Assembly: GCA_902517175.1 (NCBI GenBank)
Contig: CABYBM010000001.1
Coordinates: 10,536 to 74,535, forward strand
Source: an uncultured Pelagibacteraceae bacterium
Lineage (GTDB): Bacteria; Pseudomonadota; Alphaproteobacteria; Pelagibacterales; Pelagibacteraceae
Length of the DNA: 64,000 nucleotides
Direction of reading: 5' to 3'
The notes below the pieces were generated by a model. The model saw only the letters and a program-made list of their open reading frames with translations. It did no database searches and was not told where the DNA came from. Positions within the stretch are counted from its first letter, which is position 1. Each line of letters starts with the position of its first letter. The position numbers and the translations under genes are program-made. Below are positions 63,739-64,000 of the stretch, one piece after another.

Positions 63739-64000
63739 TTATTTAATTTTTTTTGTAATTATATTTATACACTTTGCTAAGAGATCTAAATTTTCACTTT
63801 CACCCATTACCCTTATCTTTGACTCTGTTCCTGACTTTCTAACTAAAATTCTCCCGTTTCCTTTGATTAATTTTTCTGCAGTTTTAATAGATTTTTTTAT
63901 GTCTGATTTGTTTATTATATTTTTATCTTTTACGTCTACATTTTTTAATATTTGTGGAATTTTTTTAAATTTTGAAAAAAATGCACTTGCTTTTTTTCCT
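63739..64000 (-). CDS. glmM: Phosphoglucosamine mutase, C-terminal part (truncated by window edge)
   Basis: Reverse strand reads ...GRILVRKSGTESKIRVMGES...KKIK*. Confidence 0.85.
   Translation of the reverse strand, partial: GKKASAFFSKFKKIPQILKNVDVKDKNIINKSDIKKSIKTAEKLIKGNGRILVRKSGTESKIRVMGESENLDLLAKCINIITKKIK

Overview
AT-rich, gene-dense alphaproteobacterial chromosome segment. Gene order, very short intergenic spacers and the permuted tmRNA with tag ANESYALAA point to SAR11/Pelagibacterales (inference). Positions 1-26 kb are a substrate-scavenging region: ectoine-type eutA/eutD, DMT transporters, an LLM monooxygenase/DUF1185/hydrolase/aldehyde dehydrogenase cluster resembling pyridine-betaine catabolic operons, two Liv-type ABC systems with csiD/glaH, azlCD and a proC-like gene, and rhtB with an SD-sequestering leader hairpin. 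Positions 26-64 kb are core genes (mre/mrd, leuA, ilv, miaA, degP, hflKC, mrp, thyX, ssrA, ppdK, glySQ, ispB, pdxH, aroC, dxs, ispA, tsaC, tRNA-Arg(UCG), rluD, rpoH, purA, thiD, glmM). The most notable structure is a ~1.5 kb integrase-less cassette inserted at the 3' end of the coding piece of the two-piece tmRNA. It is bounded by an exact 26-bp direct repeat, carries arm-site-like 11-bp repeats near both ends, and encodes one secreted serine hydrolase. All calls come from reading the sequence and recognising motifs; no database searches were run.
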